Of a DNA stretch of 64,000 nt, positions 47,318 through 57,575 are shown one piece after another. The DNA is from Candidatus Heimdallarchaeum aukensis (GTDB lineage Archaea; Asgardarchaeota; Heimdallarchaeia; Heimdallarchaeales; Heimdallarchaeaceae). Location of the stretch: assembly GCA_021513695.1 (NCBI GenBank), contig CP084166.1, positions 992,001 through 1,056,000 of the forward strand, read 5' to 3'. Below the pieces are notes generated by a model. That model did no database searches. It saw only the letters and a program-made list of their open reading frames with translations, and was not told the DNA's origin. Both the position numbers and the translations under genes were made by a program. How positions within the stretch are numbered: the stretch's first letter is position 1; each line of letters begins with the position of its first letter.

Positions 47318-50300
47318 TTAATTTTCACTAAGATATTTTATTATTTTAGGAAGTAGGAAAACATTTTTTCTTAATGTTGAAAAACTTAATGCTTCTCCTA
47401 GAAGTGTGTGAACTTGTTTAGGTATTTTTCCAAACATTGGATGACTAACTACATATCCATAGGTAAATGATTTGAAATTCCCACTTTCTATTATTACACG
47501 CATTGGCTCTTCCAACAAGCTCATATCACCAAAGTAAATGCTTGATAATGGTGATGATAATGCTCTTAAACGTTCAATAGTTGCTTTTTCAATATCTTCA
47601 CTCAAAAAAATATCACTATCTTCTATTATATCAAGAGTTATTAATAAATATGAATCACCAGCAAATATAATTGGTGGACTTAAAAGTTTACTAAATTTTT
47701 TTGCTAATGAAAATGCATTATTTGTTGAGTTGATAAAATGATATAAGCTTGGATATTTTCTACTTTTTTCATCTTTTTTTACATTTCTTCCATAATAAGT
47801 TCTGACCATCTTTTCTAAGTAGTTTAATCCTTTATTTATTGTGTATAAGTTTCGAGGTTTTTCCAGATAATTAAGTATTTCTTGTTTATCTGTTTTGTCA
47901 TAAGCTTTTACTGTTACACGAAAACCTTTTGCTATTTGTTGATTAGTGACTTTATAGAATAGATAAGAAGGTATCGTCATATCATTCCATCTACCTGCTT
48001 CATTAAATGTAAGTATAAATTCAGGAGAGGGATATAATCTGAAATGGTTTAATGCTGTTTTTATAGATGGAAAATAATTTTTCAAAAAATCATCTAAATA
48101 GATATTATCAACTGAAAATGCTCTTTTACTAACTCTTCCAAATAGACTGAATTTTCTTTTAGTTCTTTCCGAAATCTTGCTTCTGCTAAAAACTGGTAGG
48201 ACATGTTCATTATTGTTGATTAGTATATCTCTAATAAAACTTCTTAACTGATGAAATTTGATATTTTGATCTTTTAGAGTGGCATTTTTGTTCAAAGCAG
48301 AAATCATAGACACTAATCTTGGCTTCAAATCTGTTTCTTCTCCTCTCATCCTTTTAATTACTTGCCTAAAATATTCTAGATTGATCATAGAATCGAAATA
48401 AGTTGTTGAGCCATAGTCTGTTTTTAAGGGGAAAGGAGGAAGGATAATTAAAATTTCATGCCATGAATATGTAGTTCCAAATGCTAATGAAGAGGTTCCT
48501 ACTATATTTTTTTTAGGTGTTTCTTCTATTAATAATGTGTCACGAGAATCGTGAGTAATAGAAACTGCATCATAATTGTTTAAATGGAGGTATTCTACTA
48601 ATGAATCTACAAACTGTTTATTGTTAACATAAAAAATTACTTTACCCTCTTGTAAATATTTTTCAAATGATTTTTTTCTATTGTCAATTCGTGATTTTTT
48701 TACAAGCTTGTCTAATATTTCAAAAATTTTTTTAAAATTTATTTCCTCTTCATATTTACCCTCACAAATAAATGATGCTGCACAATAATCAATATTGAAA
48801 TTTAAGAGATATCTCAGAAAAATACCTTTAATCGGAGTATTAATTATTTTAAATTCCTCTGGTTCTTGAATGTCTTCATTAAAATTAGTTATTTGAAATT
48901 GTGTCATCCATTTTTTTGAATTTGGATCAACTAATGTGTTCAACATGGAAATTACTAATTTCATACTTGTGATAGATGCATCAGTAATTACAAAGCGAGG
49001 AACATTTATGTTATTATTTACCATTAATCGATTCCTTGCTTCTATTAGTAAATCAATAAAATTTTTTGCAACTGTTGGTCCAGAATTAGTTAATTCATCA
49101 AAGATGAACATATATGTCTTTGTGAATAGTAATTTCCAATTGTATGATTGTTTTAGAAAATAATCTAAAGCTTGGGAAGATACTAATATAACTTTTTGTC
49201 CTTGTTTCTCTAGTGCTTTTTTCAATCGATTTCCTGTTTCACTGAAAATTGTTTCATACCCCTTAAGTGTTATTGGATCTCTTATTAACTCTTTTTCTCT
49301 TTTACCAATAATTAATTCTAAATGGACATTTTTTTCTATATCATTTTTGATTAATCTTTGAATTTTATCTTTAGTTTGTATTAAGGTTGTAATTCTTGGA
49401 CAGAAATACAGAATAGTAAAGTTTTTTTTAGTTTTTGCAAGCTTTTTAATATAATTTGCAATCACATAATTTTTTCCAACACCTTGAGATGAACCATTTA
49501 TTATTATATTATAACAATCATTGGTTAATAATTTTAGGAAGTTCTTCTCATGTTCTTTTCTTACATTTTCTATTTCGTTTCTAGTAACACTCTGTCTTTT
49601 TACGATAGAAGGTTGAATCTTCTCTTTAGTTTCAGGATAAGCTTCAATAAATTCTGTTTTTTCATCCTTCAAAATTATTTTTAACTCCTCTCCTCTAGTT
49701 CCTTCAAAAAAATACATTCTTTTATTGTTTTTTTCTTTTATTCTCATCGATATTTTTCCACTCATAAATAATTCAAAAATTCGTCTTCTTTCAAAATCTT
49801 CCAATATATATTCTTTCTTTTTACCAAATTCTGTTTCCACTATAGTACTAGGAATCAAGTTACATAGAAATCGTAATATTTTCCTTAAATCGGTTTCAGA
49901 TTTAATATGAAAAGAAGATATAGCTCCAGGTAAAACTATTTGAACTTCAATCTCACTGTTATAATTTTGAGTTTCGTTATAATATAATTGTGCATAGGAG
50001 AATACTTTTAAGTATTTCTGGAGAGCTGTTGCAATTCTGTAAAAATCTCTTGCAGGAATCTTTTTGTTCTTATGTAAATTTAGTTTTCTTAGTTTTTCCT
50101 TTGAAAAATCTTCGACAATTAATTGTTCAATATAATCTTGAAGTAATCGCTCTTTCGTCATATTTACAAAAAATATATATGATTTAATATCGCCAATACA
50201 TAAGAACTCGATTTGGTTCATTTCATAATTAAAGGCTTCCTCTTGATTGTTAGATGTTTTCTTTCTAATGATTATAAAATCAGGTTTTTTTTCCCTAAAT

Positions 50301-50779
50301 GTTGGTTCTATAAATATTTCTAATTCTGTATCTGGTTTTTTCCATTCAAGATTTGCATTTAGTAATACCGATATTGAACATTGAAATCCTGTTTTTATCA
50401 TTCTTAAGGCTGTATATCCCACTTTTTGTTCTTCCAAAATATCTGTGATTTCTCTTTCATCAATCTTTAAGTCTGTTCTAAACATTTGCCTTTTTTGAAA
50501 ATAATTTTTAAATATTAAGTACGAATCTGTGATGCTTGATTTTCTGATAAATAAATCGATTGCTTGTTCTATCTGTATTCCAATTACATTTTCAAGATAT
50601 GAATTCAACTCTATTCTATTTTCAATATCTAAAATAGGTGGTTCAATTCTTATGCCTACAAAAGGTTTAATGTTGTAGCATTTTGATTTTGACGCAATTC
50701 CAAGAAAGAATCCAAATTCAAGTGCTTCTCCATATATTAATGGTGCTATTCTATTAATTTTCTTTTCGTAATTTACCAT
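47318..50779 (-). CDS. Large (1153 aa) nuclease-helicase-like protein
   Basis: N-terminal PD-(D/E)xK-like pattern EIFIEP...KPDFIIIRKK...EFLCIGDIKSY. P-loop IINGSSQGVGKNYV (about nt 49469-49498). Walker B/DExx-like MFIFDELT, then VITDAS, GTSSLAFGTTY and FRQVIKRMRG (motif VI-like). The motifs are degenerate. Confidence 0.5.
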   Translation of the reverse strand: MVNYEKKINRIAPLIYGEALEFGFFLGIASKSKCYNIKPFVGIRIEPPILDIENRIELNSYLENVIGIQIEQAIDLFIRKSSITDSYLIFKNYFQKRQMFRTDLKIDEREITDILEEQKVGYTALRMIKTGFQCSISVLLNANLEWKKPDTELEIFIEPTFREKKPDFIIIRKKTSNNQEEAFNYEMNQIEFLCIGDIKSYIFFVNMTKERLLQDYIEQLIVEDFSKEKLRKLNLHKNKKIPARDFYRIATALQKYLKVFSYAQLYYNETQNYNSEIEVQIVLPGAISSFHIKSETDLRKILRFLCNLIPSTIVETEFGKKKEYILEDFERRRIFELFMSGKISMRIKEKNNKRMYFFEGTRGEELKIILKDEKTEFIEAYPETKEKIQPSIVKRQSVTRNEIENVRKEHEKNFLKLLTNDCYNIIINGSSQGVGKNYVIANYIKKLAKTKKNFTILYFCPRITTLIQTKDKIQRLIKNDIEKNVHLELIIGKREKELIRDPITLKGYETIFSETGNRLKKALEKQGQKVILVSSQALDYFLKQSYNWKLLFTKTYMFIFDELTNSGPTVAKNFIDLLIEARNRLMVNNNINVPRFVITDASITSMKLVISMLNTLVDPNSKKWMTQFQITNFNEDIQEPEEFKIINTPIKGIFLRYLLNFNIDYCAASFICEGKYEEEINFKKIFEILDKLVKKSRIDNRKKSFEKYLQEGKVIFYVNNKQFVDSLVEYLHLNNYDAVSITHDSRDTLLIEETPKKNIVGTSSLAFGTTYSWHEILIILPPFPLKTDYGSTTYFDSMINLEYFRQVIKRMRGEETDLKPRLVSMISALNKNATLKDQNIKFHQLRSFIRDILINNNEHVLPVFSRSKISERTKRKFSLFGRVSKRAFSVDNIYLDDFLKNYFPSIKTALNHFRLYPSPEFILTFNEAGRWNDMTIPSYLFYKVTNQQIAKGFRVTVKAYDKTDKQEILNYLEKPRNLYTINKGLNYLEKMVRTYYGRNVKKDEKSRKYPSLYHFINSTNNAFSLAKKFSKLLSPPIIFAGDSYLLITLDIIEDSDIFLSEDIEKATIERLRALSSPLSSIYFGDMSLLEEPMRVIIESGNFKSFTYGYVVSHPMFGKIPKQVHTLLGEALSFSTLRKNVFLLPKIIKYLSEN

Positions 50780-50780
50780 T

Positions 50781-53702
50781 TTATATCAACTTCTCCTGAA
50801 TTTTTATTCTGTTTATCCCTTTGATGAAAATACTTGGATCTAGCAACTTTTTGGAATCAGGATATGGTAGATGAAATAACCTTTTTAAACTTTCAATACT
50901 AATTCCGCCTTTTTCATCTCCGTAAATGGTTAATATTCTTGAGAATTCTTTCAAATAAGAAATAGTTTCTTCAGACGATCTTTCATATGGTATTACAGTA
51001 AAAATAAGAGACGGTTGTAAATCTTTTTTAATTTCACCCTCAAGCTTTTCTTCTCTTCTCGAACCAAAAATCAACATTCCAACTATTTTTCTCTTATCTC
51101 TTCCATTATATTTCAAAGGTTCATTAATATATATAATTAATTGTCTATTTGATTTTGACTTTGGCAGTAATTTTCCAATTTCTCTTGAAGGAGTAAAAAT
51201 AGCTTTTTCATTAAAAACAAACAATGGAATTTTTAATTGTTTATTCTTTTCAAATATCCAGTCAATAATGGTATCTTCTTTACTAAGATCACTATCTTGT
51301 ATTTTTCTATTTACAGATTCAGATATAATGTCATAAGTGCTCTCCGTTCTTGAACTATGTTTAGCTCTTATTAAAATTAGAATATCTTCTTTTGCTAATT
51401 CTGATACTATTAGTGAGGCTAATTCAAAATTTATATCGCATCCTATGTTTCCAAATGAATCTTCTATAAAGTTTTCCTCCATTACATTAATTTCTCGTTC
51501 ATCAGTTAGGTGAGCATAAGCTGCGATATTTCTTATGTATCTTTGTTCTTCTTTAATTATTTCGACCCATTTTTCTGATGAAAGAGAAAGTAATAATATA
51601 TCTTTTGTTTTTATTAATTTATCAAGAGCTTTATCATGTAGAGTATATCCCGCTGTAGAAGTATTTTTTAAGGAGTGTGAAGTAAAATACCATTCATCCA
51701 TAAATAATCTTCCAAAAGCTTTATTTATATTATGATAATTTGATAAAAACTTGTACAAATAGATACCAGGTAAAGCAATTTTTTTCTCTTTGGAAGCTGT
51801 TTGATAAGTAAATAATTCTACTTTACCTATGTTATCAAAAGTATAAAATGAAAAAGGTCCATCGAAGTATTTTAAGATTTGATTTTTTGACCATACTACA
51901 TTCCCGTTTTTTCTAATACCATCTTTTGTCATCATTTGAACATTAATACGTCTTCTTGACCTATTGATTGTACTTTTATTTTGCCAGATTTTCTTTATTA
52001 TTTGCCTAATCTCTTTTTCTTTATATTCTTTTGATAAAGAATCAAAAGAAAAGCCTTGAGAATATTCGAAATATTTTGTTTCCCATGAGTGTACTCCTTT
52101 TAATAACATATAATAAAATTCATGAAAAAGACTTCTTTTTACTTTCTTCGATAAATATGGGATAAACCAAATGTTATCTCCTCCTTTTACAAATCTAAAT
52201 TCATGATTAAGCCTTGTTAAAGATTGTTTAATATCAGGGTCATTAATTAGGTATAGTATTGCACTATCTATAACTGCCTTTAAAGATGCAAAAAATCTAT
52301 AATTGTCGTTGTTTAGTCTTTCTCTCAAATCTGTATTAATTCTTTTGTGATATATTTCAATTTCTTCTGGAAAAAATTCAGTATTTGCTATAAGATAAGT
52401 GATAAATTCTTGTAATCCATATTCTTTATCTCCATACCAGATAGATGTTTTATTTTTTTCATCAATTCCTTCATTCTTTTTTAAATAAATATTTTCATGA
52501 ATAAAAACTATCAATCTTTTTGGATTTATTTGTTTGGGAGAGATGTTTATCTTTTGAATTCTTTCTAATTTCTCTTTTTTTGCGCATAAGTAATGATCAA
52601 ATTCTGGAAATTCACAATTTTCAACAATTTCCTTTAGTTTATCAAATAATTCTTCAAAATCTTTATAACTTATTTCGTTAAAACCTAAAAGTATTGAAAA
52701 AGCGAATAATTTATCTTTAATATCTTCAACCATTTCTAAGAATTCTTGGTCATTTGTATCCATTTGTTCCATTATCCATTCTTGAAGGTTAATGAGTAAA
52801 GGCAAGATTGTTTTTTCTTTATTCCAGCCTTCTCCATATATTCTGAAACAATAAAGGTTTTTATCATAATCTTCATGAAGATTAAGAAATTTTGGGCAGC
52901 TTCCTACAGAGATTAATCCAGGAAAAGAAGGAAATGACATACCTTTGAAACTATGATTTATTATTTTCTCAAACAGAGTTTTCTCTTCAGCTGATAATTT
53001 TTTAATAAATTTATCATTCTTAAGTAAGACGGTACATTCTTTCTTAAAATCTAAATATCTGTCGTATGCAGCATTACGAACTTCTTCATTTCTAATGTAT
53101 TTTATATAATATTTTACTAATTTTTTCTGAACTGGATTATTAATAATGTTTGAAAATTGCTCTGTAGCTTTAATGGAAACTTCTTCTGCTTTTAAAGCTG
53201 TTTTAAAAAATGAAATTGGAATCTCATTTTCATGAATTTTCTCATTTGCGTTTCTAAATCTTGATTCATTTTCTTGAATTTCAATATAAGAAAAAGTAGA
53301 ACCAACTTCTTCTGATTTCCATTCATCTCGCTTTGCTTTATCCCATAATGTTGCTGGATTTTCATACTTTTTTTCTTTTTTCATTAACTCTTCTTTAATT
53401 GTGATTATAACTTTGTCGCTTATCTCTAATAATGTAGTATTAGGACTTTGGACAATTCTAGATTTTAGCTTTTTCACCAGTAACCAATTTTGTAACGAGG
53501 GATCAGATATTTCATTAATTTCTTCTAATGTATTTTGATACGCTTTGTGAACTATTCTACAAAAATCATCAAAGGGATATGTTATAGTACAAAGCATATC
53601 AAAGAATTTTTTATCCTGAATATATTCTGAAATTAATTTTGAGAAGAATATAGACCAAAATTCTTTATCTATTCCTTCTGTTAGTTTTACTAATCTAGCC
53701 AC
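50781..53702 (-). CDS. Large (973 aa) hypothetical protein, first gene of the four-gene operon
   Basis: Uninterrupted ORF with a GTG start preceded by gaggaga. Its stop is separated by 1 nt from the next gene's ATG. No recognisable catalytic motif was found. Confidence 0.5.
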   Translation of the reverse strand: MARLVKLTEGIDKEFWSIFFSKLISEYIQDKKFFDMLCTITYPFDDFCRIVHKAYQNTLEEINEISDPSLQNWLLVKKLKSRIVQSPNTTLLEISDKVIITIKEELMKKEKKYENPATLWDKAKRDEWKSEEVGSTFSYIEIQENESRFRNANEKIHENEIPISFFKTALKAEEVSIKATEQFSNIINNPVQKKLVKYYIKYIRNEEVRNAAYDRYLDFKKECTVLLKNDKFIKKLSAEEKTLFEKIINHSFKGMSFPSFPGLISVGSCPKFLNLHEDYDKNLYCFRIYGEGWNKEKTILPLLINLQEWIMEQMDTNDQEFLEMVEDIKDKLFAFSILLGFNEISYKDFEELFDKLKEIVENCEFPEFDHYLCAKKEKLERIQKINISPKQINPKRLIVFIHENIYLKKNEGIDEKNKTSIWYGDKEYGLQEFITYLIANTEFFPEEIEIYHKRINTDLRERLNNDNYRFFASLKAVIDSAILYLINDPDIKQSLTRLNHEFRFVKGGDNIWFIPYLSKKVKRSLFHEFYYMLLKGVHSWETKYFEYSQGFSFDSLSKEYKEKEIRQIIKKIWQNKSTINRSRRRINVQMMTKDGIRKNGNVVWSKNQILKYFDGPFSFYTFDNIGKVELFTYQTASKEKKIALPGIYLYKFLSNYHNINKAFGRLFMDEWYFTSHSLKNTSTAGYTLHDKALDKLIKTKDILLLSLSSEKWVEIIKEEQRYIRNIAAYAHLTDEREINVMEENFIEDSFGNIGCDINFELASLIVSELAKEDILILIRAKHSSRTESTYDIISESVNRKIQDSDLSKEDTIIDWIFEKNKQLKIPLFVFNEKAIFTPSREIGKLLPKSKSNRQLIIYINEPLKYNGRDKRKIVGMLIFGSRREEKLEGEIKKDLQPSLIFTVIPYERSSEETISYLKEFSRILTIYGDEKGGISIESLKRLFHLPYPDSKKLLDPSIFIKGINRIKIQEKLI

Positions 53703-54374
53703 AAACTTCTCTCCTCATAGGTAATTGTACTAAAACTTATCTTGAATGTTAAACAATTTCTTTTTTTATTTATATAATTTTTGATAATAAATGTTTTCAT
53801 CTTTTATTCATTTATTATCTGTATTCAATAAATTATTCATGAGTTTAGTTTTATCTTTTTAATATTAATCAAAAATATGCTATATGTTTAACTTTGACGA
53901 CTTAGAGTAATCTCAAATTGTTGTTATAGTAGTTAGATTTATTTTTTATTTATATTCACCCACTAAAGTTTTATTTAACTCGCTTCAACTCTTTAAATTA
54001 AATATGTCTAGTTGATAGATACATTTTCATCCTCCTATACGCTTGAAAATACTAGATGATTCTCTAGTTTAAATTATATGGTTAATGTAAGAAGATATAC
54101 AAGTTTAAATGCCATAAAACGGAGACGTTGGCCATGAAACAAAAATAAATAGAATACTGTTGTTTTCTAAGTGCAAAGAAAAATATATAGAAGTATAAAA
54201 TACAAAAATTAGTGTAAGAGAAAAATAAGAAACTCAACAAGAATTTACAAAAAGTAGTTTAGCATAAAAAATAAGAAAGTATTTTATTATGGTGCAATTG
54301 CTAAGACATGACAAAATAATATGGTTGTTTGGTGATTTAATTAGAAAAATTTAATAACCAAAGTAATTAAAAAA

Positions 54375-55127
54375 TTGAGGATGGAAATAGAGCATATTTT
54401 TTTTGACGACGGAGGAGTGCTAAACAATAATAATTTAAGAGAGAAACAGTGGCAAAAACTAATTTACGAGTTTTTTAGTCCTAAATATGGGAAAACACTA
54501 GATGATTGGAGTAAAGCAAACGAATACGCATTTCAAAGGTACTTAAAAAACTATTACAACTCAATAAAGGATGATCCTGACATAGATTATAAAGAACTAA
54601 TATCTTTCTTAGAGTTCAACTGGATTAAGGATATGTTTGTTTACCTCGATTTAATGGAGAATTTTCCAGATAAACCATTGAAGCTAGCTAGAGAAGCAGT
54701 AGTTTGGATCACACAAAGAGTGCAATCTGCTGTTCCTGGAATAGTTGAAGTCGTTAAAGAGCTAGCTAACCAGGGATATAAACTATATACGGCTTCAGCT
54801 GAAAATTCTTGGGAATTGAAAGGATATTTAAAAGGAATGGGTATAGACCACCTTTTTACCGAGTTTTATGGATTAGATGTCCTAAATAGAGCAGGAAAAG
54901 ATACTATTTTTTATAAACGTATGTTTGAACATGCTGGCGTGGAACCTAAAAATTCTATAGTTATTGACGATAGACCCAACAAGTTGTATTTTGCAAAAGA
55001 AACAGGAGCAACAGTAATACAGTCTAGAGTGTTAAAAGAGCATGATGTGGCAGTGAAATACTTTTATGAAAGAGCGGAAGAACTACTACCTCTTATTGAA
55101 AAAATTAACAACACAAATAAACTATGA
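54375..55127 (+). CDS. HAD-like hydrolase (motif I variant)
   Basis: HIFFDDGGVLNNN (Dx-GGVL variant of motif I), TASAENS (motif II region) and IVIDDRPNK (motif IV). The probable start is ATG 54381. Confidence 0.6.
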   Translation: MRMEIEHIFFDDGGVLNNNNLREKQWQKLIYEFFSPKYGKTLDDWSKANEYAFQRYLKNYYNSIKDDPDIDYKELISFLEFNWIKDMFVYLDLMENFPDKPLKLAREAVVWITQRVQSAVPGIVEVVKELANQGYKLYTASAENSWELKGYLKGMGIDHLFTEFYGLDVLNRAGKDTIFYKRMFEHAGVEPKNSIVIDDRPNKLYFAKETGATVIQSRVLKEHDVAVKYFYERAEELLPLIEKINNTNKL

Positions 55128-55185
55128 AAAATTAAAGTGTAGAAACTAAAACAAATAAAAAATGAAAAAAAATTCTTCAAAATTT

Positions 55186-55995
55186 CTATTCTTTTACGAA
55201 AGATTGATGGCCAAAGATAATTATTACCAATAACGCGTAGACAAAGAAAAGAACTGATCTTACTATTTCTGTTTTATCACCTAAATCAAACATTTCTCCA
55301 AAGAGGTTAACAAAAAAATGAAAGAAAATAACTGCTAAAATACTTCTGTTAGTGTTGTTAAATACCCAAGTTATTAATATAGATTGGATTATTATGTTGA
55401 ACATAAATAACCAAAATTGATAACTATTGAACCCTAACTCATTTTGATAAGTTCCTTTAATGAAAAAAAGTGGAATATGCCAAACAGCCCAAATGAGACC
55501 AAGGAATAAACTGGATAGCAAAGCGGAAAAATTAAGTTGTAATTTGTCTAAAGCATATCCTCTCCACCCTACTTCTTCGAAAAAAACAGCAACAAGGTTC
55601 AAGCTTATTGTTACAAAAATTAGACTTGGATTTGTAAAAAAATTTCTTATTCCAGTAAAATTACTCTCACCAAATTTAAAAAGATAAGCTATTAGAATTG
55701 CTAATAGTGAAGCTGATAAAGTAACAACTATTATAATGCCAAACCAAGAAAAACCAATACGACTAAAATTAATAACTCTTTTCCAAAATTCTTTTTTGTT
55801 ACTTTCTTTGTTTAAATAGAGAAGAATAAGAGAAACAACAGAAGGGCCTGTTCCTCCAAGAATATAGAAAATGACAGTAGGAAATTGAAGAGCTTCTTTT
55901 TTGGAGAATATAGCAATAAACCAAAAAGACCAGGAATAAATTAAGGTAAAAGCTAAATAAGACCAAGGAGAAAAAAAAACATTTTTTTCTAACAT
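55186..55995 (-). CDS. CPBP-family intramembrane metalloprotease (CAAX protease-like)
   Basis: FFEEVGWRGY (EExxxR), AVWHIPLF and FFHFFVNL motifs are set in a polytopic membrane protein. Confidence 0.85.
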   Translation of the reverse strand: MLEKNVFFSPWSYLAFTLIYSWSFWFIAIFSKKEALQFPTVIFYILGGTGPSVVSLILLYLNKESNKKEFWKRVINFSRIGFSWFGIIIVVTLSASLLAILIAYLFKFGESNFTGIRNFFTNPSLIFVTISLNLVAVFFEEVGWRGYALDKLQLNFSALLSSLFLGLIWAVWHIPLFFIKGTYQNELGFNSYQFWLFMFNIIIQSILITWVFNNTNRSILAVIFFHFFVNLFGEMFDLGDKTEIVRSVLFFVYALLVIIIFGHQSFVKE

Positions 55996-56187
55996 TTAAT
56001 GTCAATTCAAATAAATCTTATTTAATTATTACCATTTGATTTTTAGAATTAGAAAGTTTCATTGAATTACATTTTCAAAGCTCTAAAATAAGAGAATTTC
56101 TGAAAAATTAGTTTTTTAATATTACAAAAAAGAAAGGAGAAGAAAAAAAAGAAACTTATTTGGTTATAATCTAAACCTTTGTAGAAT

Positions 56188-57369
56188 TTAGAGTAAATTC
56201 AAGGATTTGTGCTTTTCTACAATAGTTTGTACTAACTGATCTAGCGCTTTGAAATCCTCTTCTTTTGGATAGCCTTTACAGTATACTGGAGTTAGAATTT
56301 CGGCACTTTTTAATTTAGGAACCATAGCAACTACTTGTTTTACAGTATTTGAAAACCAGCCGTAGGAACCTATTACAGTTATGAATTTTATTTTTGGTCT
56401 AATAGCATTCAGTAGATAGGTTGCATAAACTGCAAGAGGATGAGGACCTGCATGTACAGTGGGTGTTCCAAGAACAACAGTAGCTGCTCCCACAAGATTA
56501 ATAGCAAGTTTACCTATATCTCCTCCTACTAAATCGAATTGATAAGCTGTTATACCTTCTTCAGCTAACTTTCCTACAAGGTATTCTACCATTTTTCTAG
56601 TTGTCCCGTGCATAGAAACATAAGGAATGACAACCAGATTCTCTCTTTTGTCAGAGATCCATTCTTCATAAGCATTGAGGATAAATTCTGGTTTATCATA
56701 AATAGGCCCGTGACTCGGGCAGATAAGTTTTATGTCTAACTCTGCAATTTTAGCCATATTACGCTTTATAATGTTACTAAATGGCATCATTATTTCTGCA
56801 AAATATCTTTTGGCAGCTTCGTAGACCAACCCCTCGTCAGTGACGTAAAGATCAGTTGTTGCTATATGTGAACCAAAGAAATCACATGAAAAAAGAATTT
56901 TGTCTTCAACTAAATAACTAACCATTGTTTCAGGCCAATGAACCCAAGGAGTATGAATAAAACGTAAAGTTTTATCACCTAAGGATATTTCTTCTCCATC
57001 TTCAACTACTTTAAACTGTTCTTCTGGGATAAGAAGATGGTTTGTTAACATGTCTTTTCCTTTTTCTGTAGTAACTACAGTAGCAGAAGGAAAGAGCTCT
57101 AAAACGGCAGGAATAGCTCCTGAATGATCTTGTTCAGAGTGATGGGAGATGATGTAATCTATTTGAGAAATAGAACTTAGCTGTTCTAATAGTTTCTCTG
57201 TCATTGGTGGATCGACAGAGTCAATTAGCGCTGTTTTTTCCTTTCCTTTGATTAAGTAAGCGTTATAGCTTGTTCCATCAGGTAAAGGAATAAGGGAGTC
57301 AAAAAGCCTTCTATCCCAATCAACAGCTCCTAACCAATATACGTTTTTAATTATTTCACGCATTTTCAT
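56188..57369 (-). CDS. fprA: Flavodiiron protein (FprA-type; metallo-beta-lactamase-like + flavodoxin-like)
   Basis: IISHHSEQDHSG (HxExDH di-iron motif), FHTPWVHWPE-like IHTPWVHWPETM, and a C-terminal flavodoxin-like half (VVIPYVSMHGTTRKM). Confidence 0.85.
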   Translation of the reverse strand: MKMREIIKNVYWLGAVDWDRRLFDSLIPLPDGTSYNAYLIKGKEKTALIDSVDPPMTEKLLEQLSSISQIDYIISHHSEQDHSGAIPAVLELFPSATVVTTEKGKDMLTNHLLIPEEQFKVVEDGEEISLGDKTLRFIHTPWVHWPETMVSYLVEDKILFSCDFFGSHIATTDLYVTDEGLVYEAAKRYFAEIMMPFSNIIKRNMAKIAELDIKLICPSHGPIYDKPEFILNAYEEWISDKRENLVVIPYVSMHGTTRKMVEYLVGKLAEEGITAYQFDLVGGDIGKLAINLVGAATVVLGTPTVHAGPHPLAVYATYLLNAIRPKIKFITVIGSYGWFSNTVKQVVAMVPKLKSAEILTPVYCKGYPKEEDFKALDQLVQTIVEKHKSLNLL

Positions 57370-57575
57370 AGTAAAATGAACTATTTATTATTAAAAAACA
57401 TTTCTTTTAAACAACAAATTTGAATGCTTAATTAGTCCGTCTTTTTAAATTTCTATTTTCTAAAACGTTATTTTGCCTTTCCTTTTCTCCTTTTTCTAAT
57501 CCTTTTTCACCATTTTGTTTTTGAAGCTTAGAAACGACCTTTGATTTTTTCCAGTTCTATCGTTAGTTAAGATAT

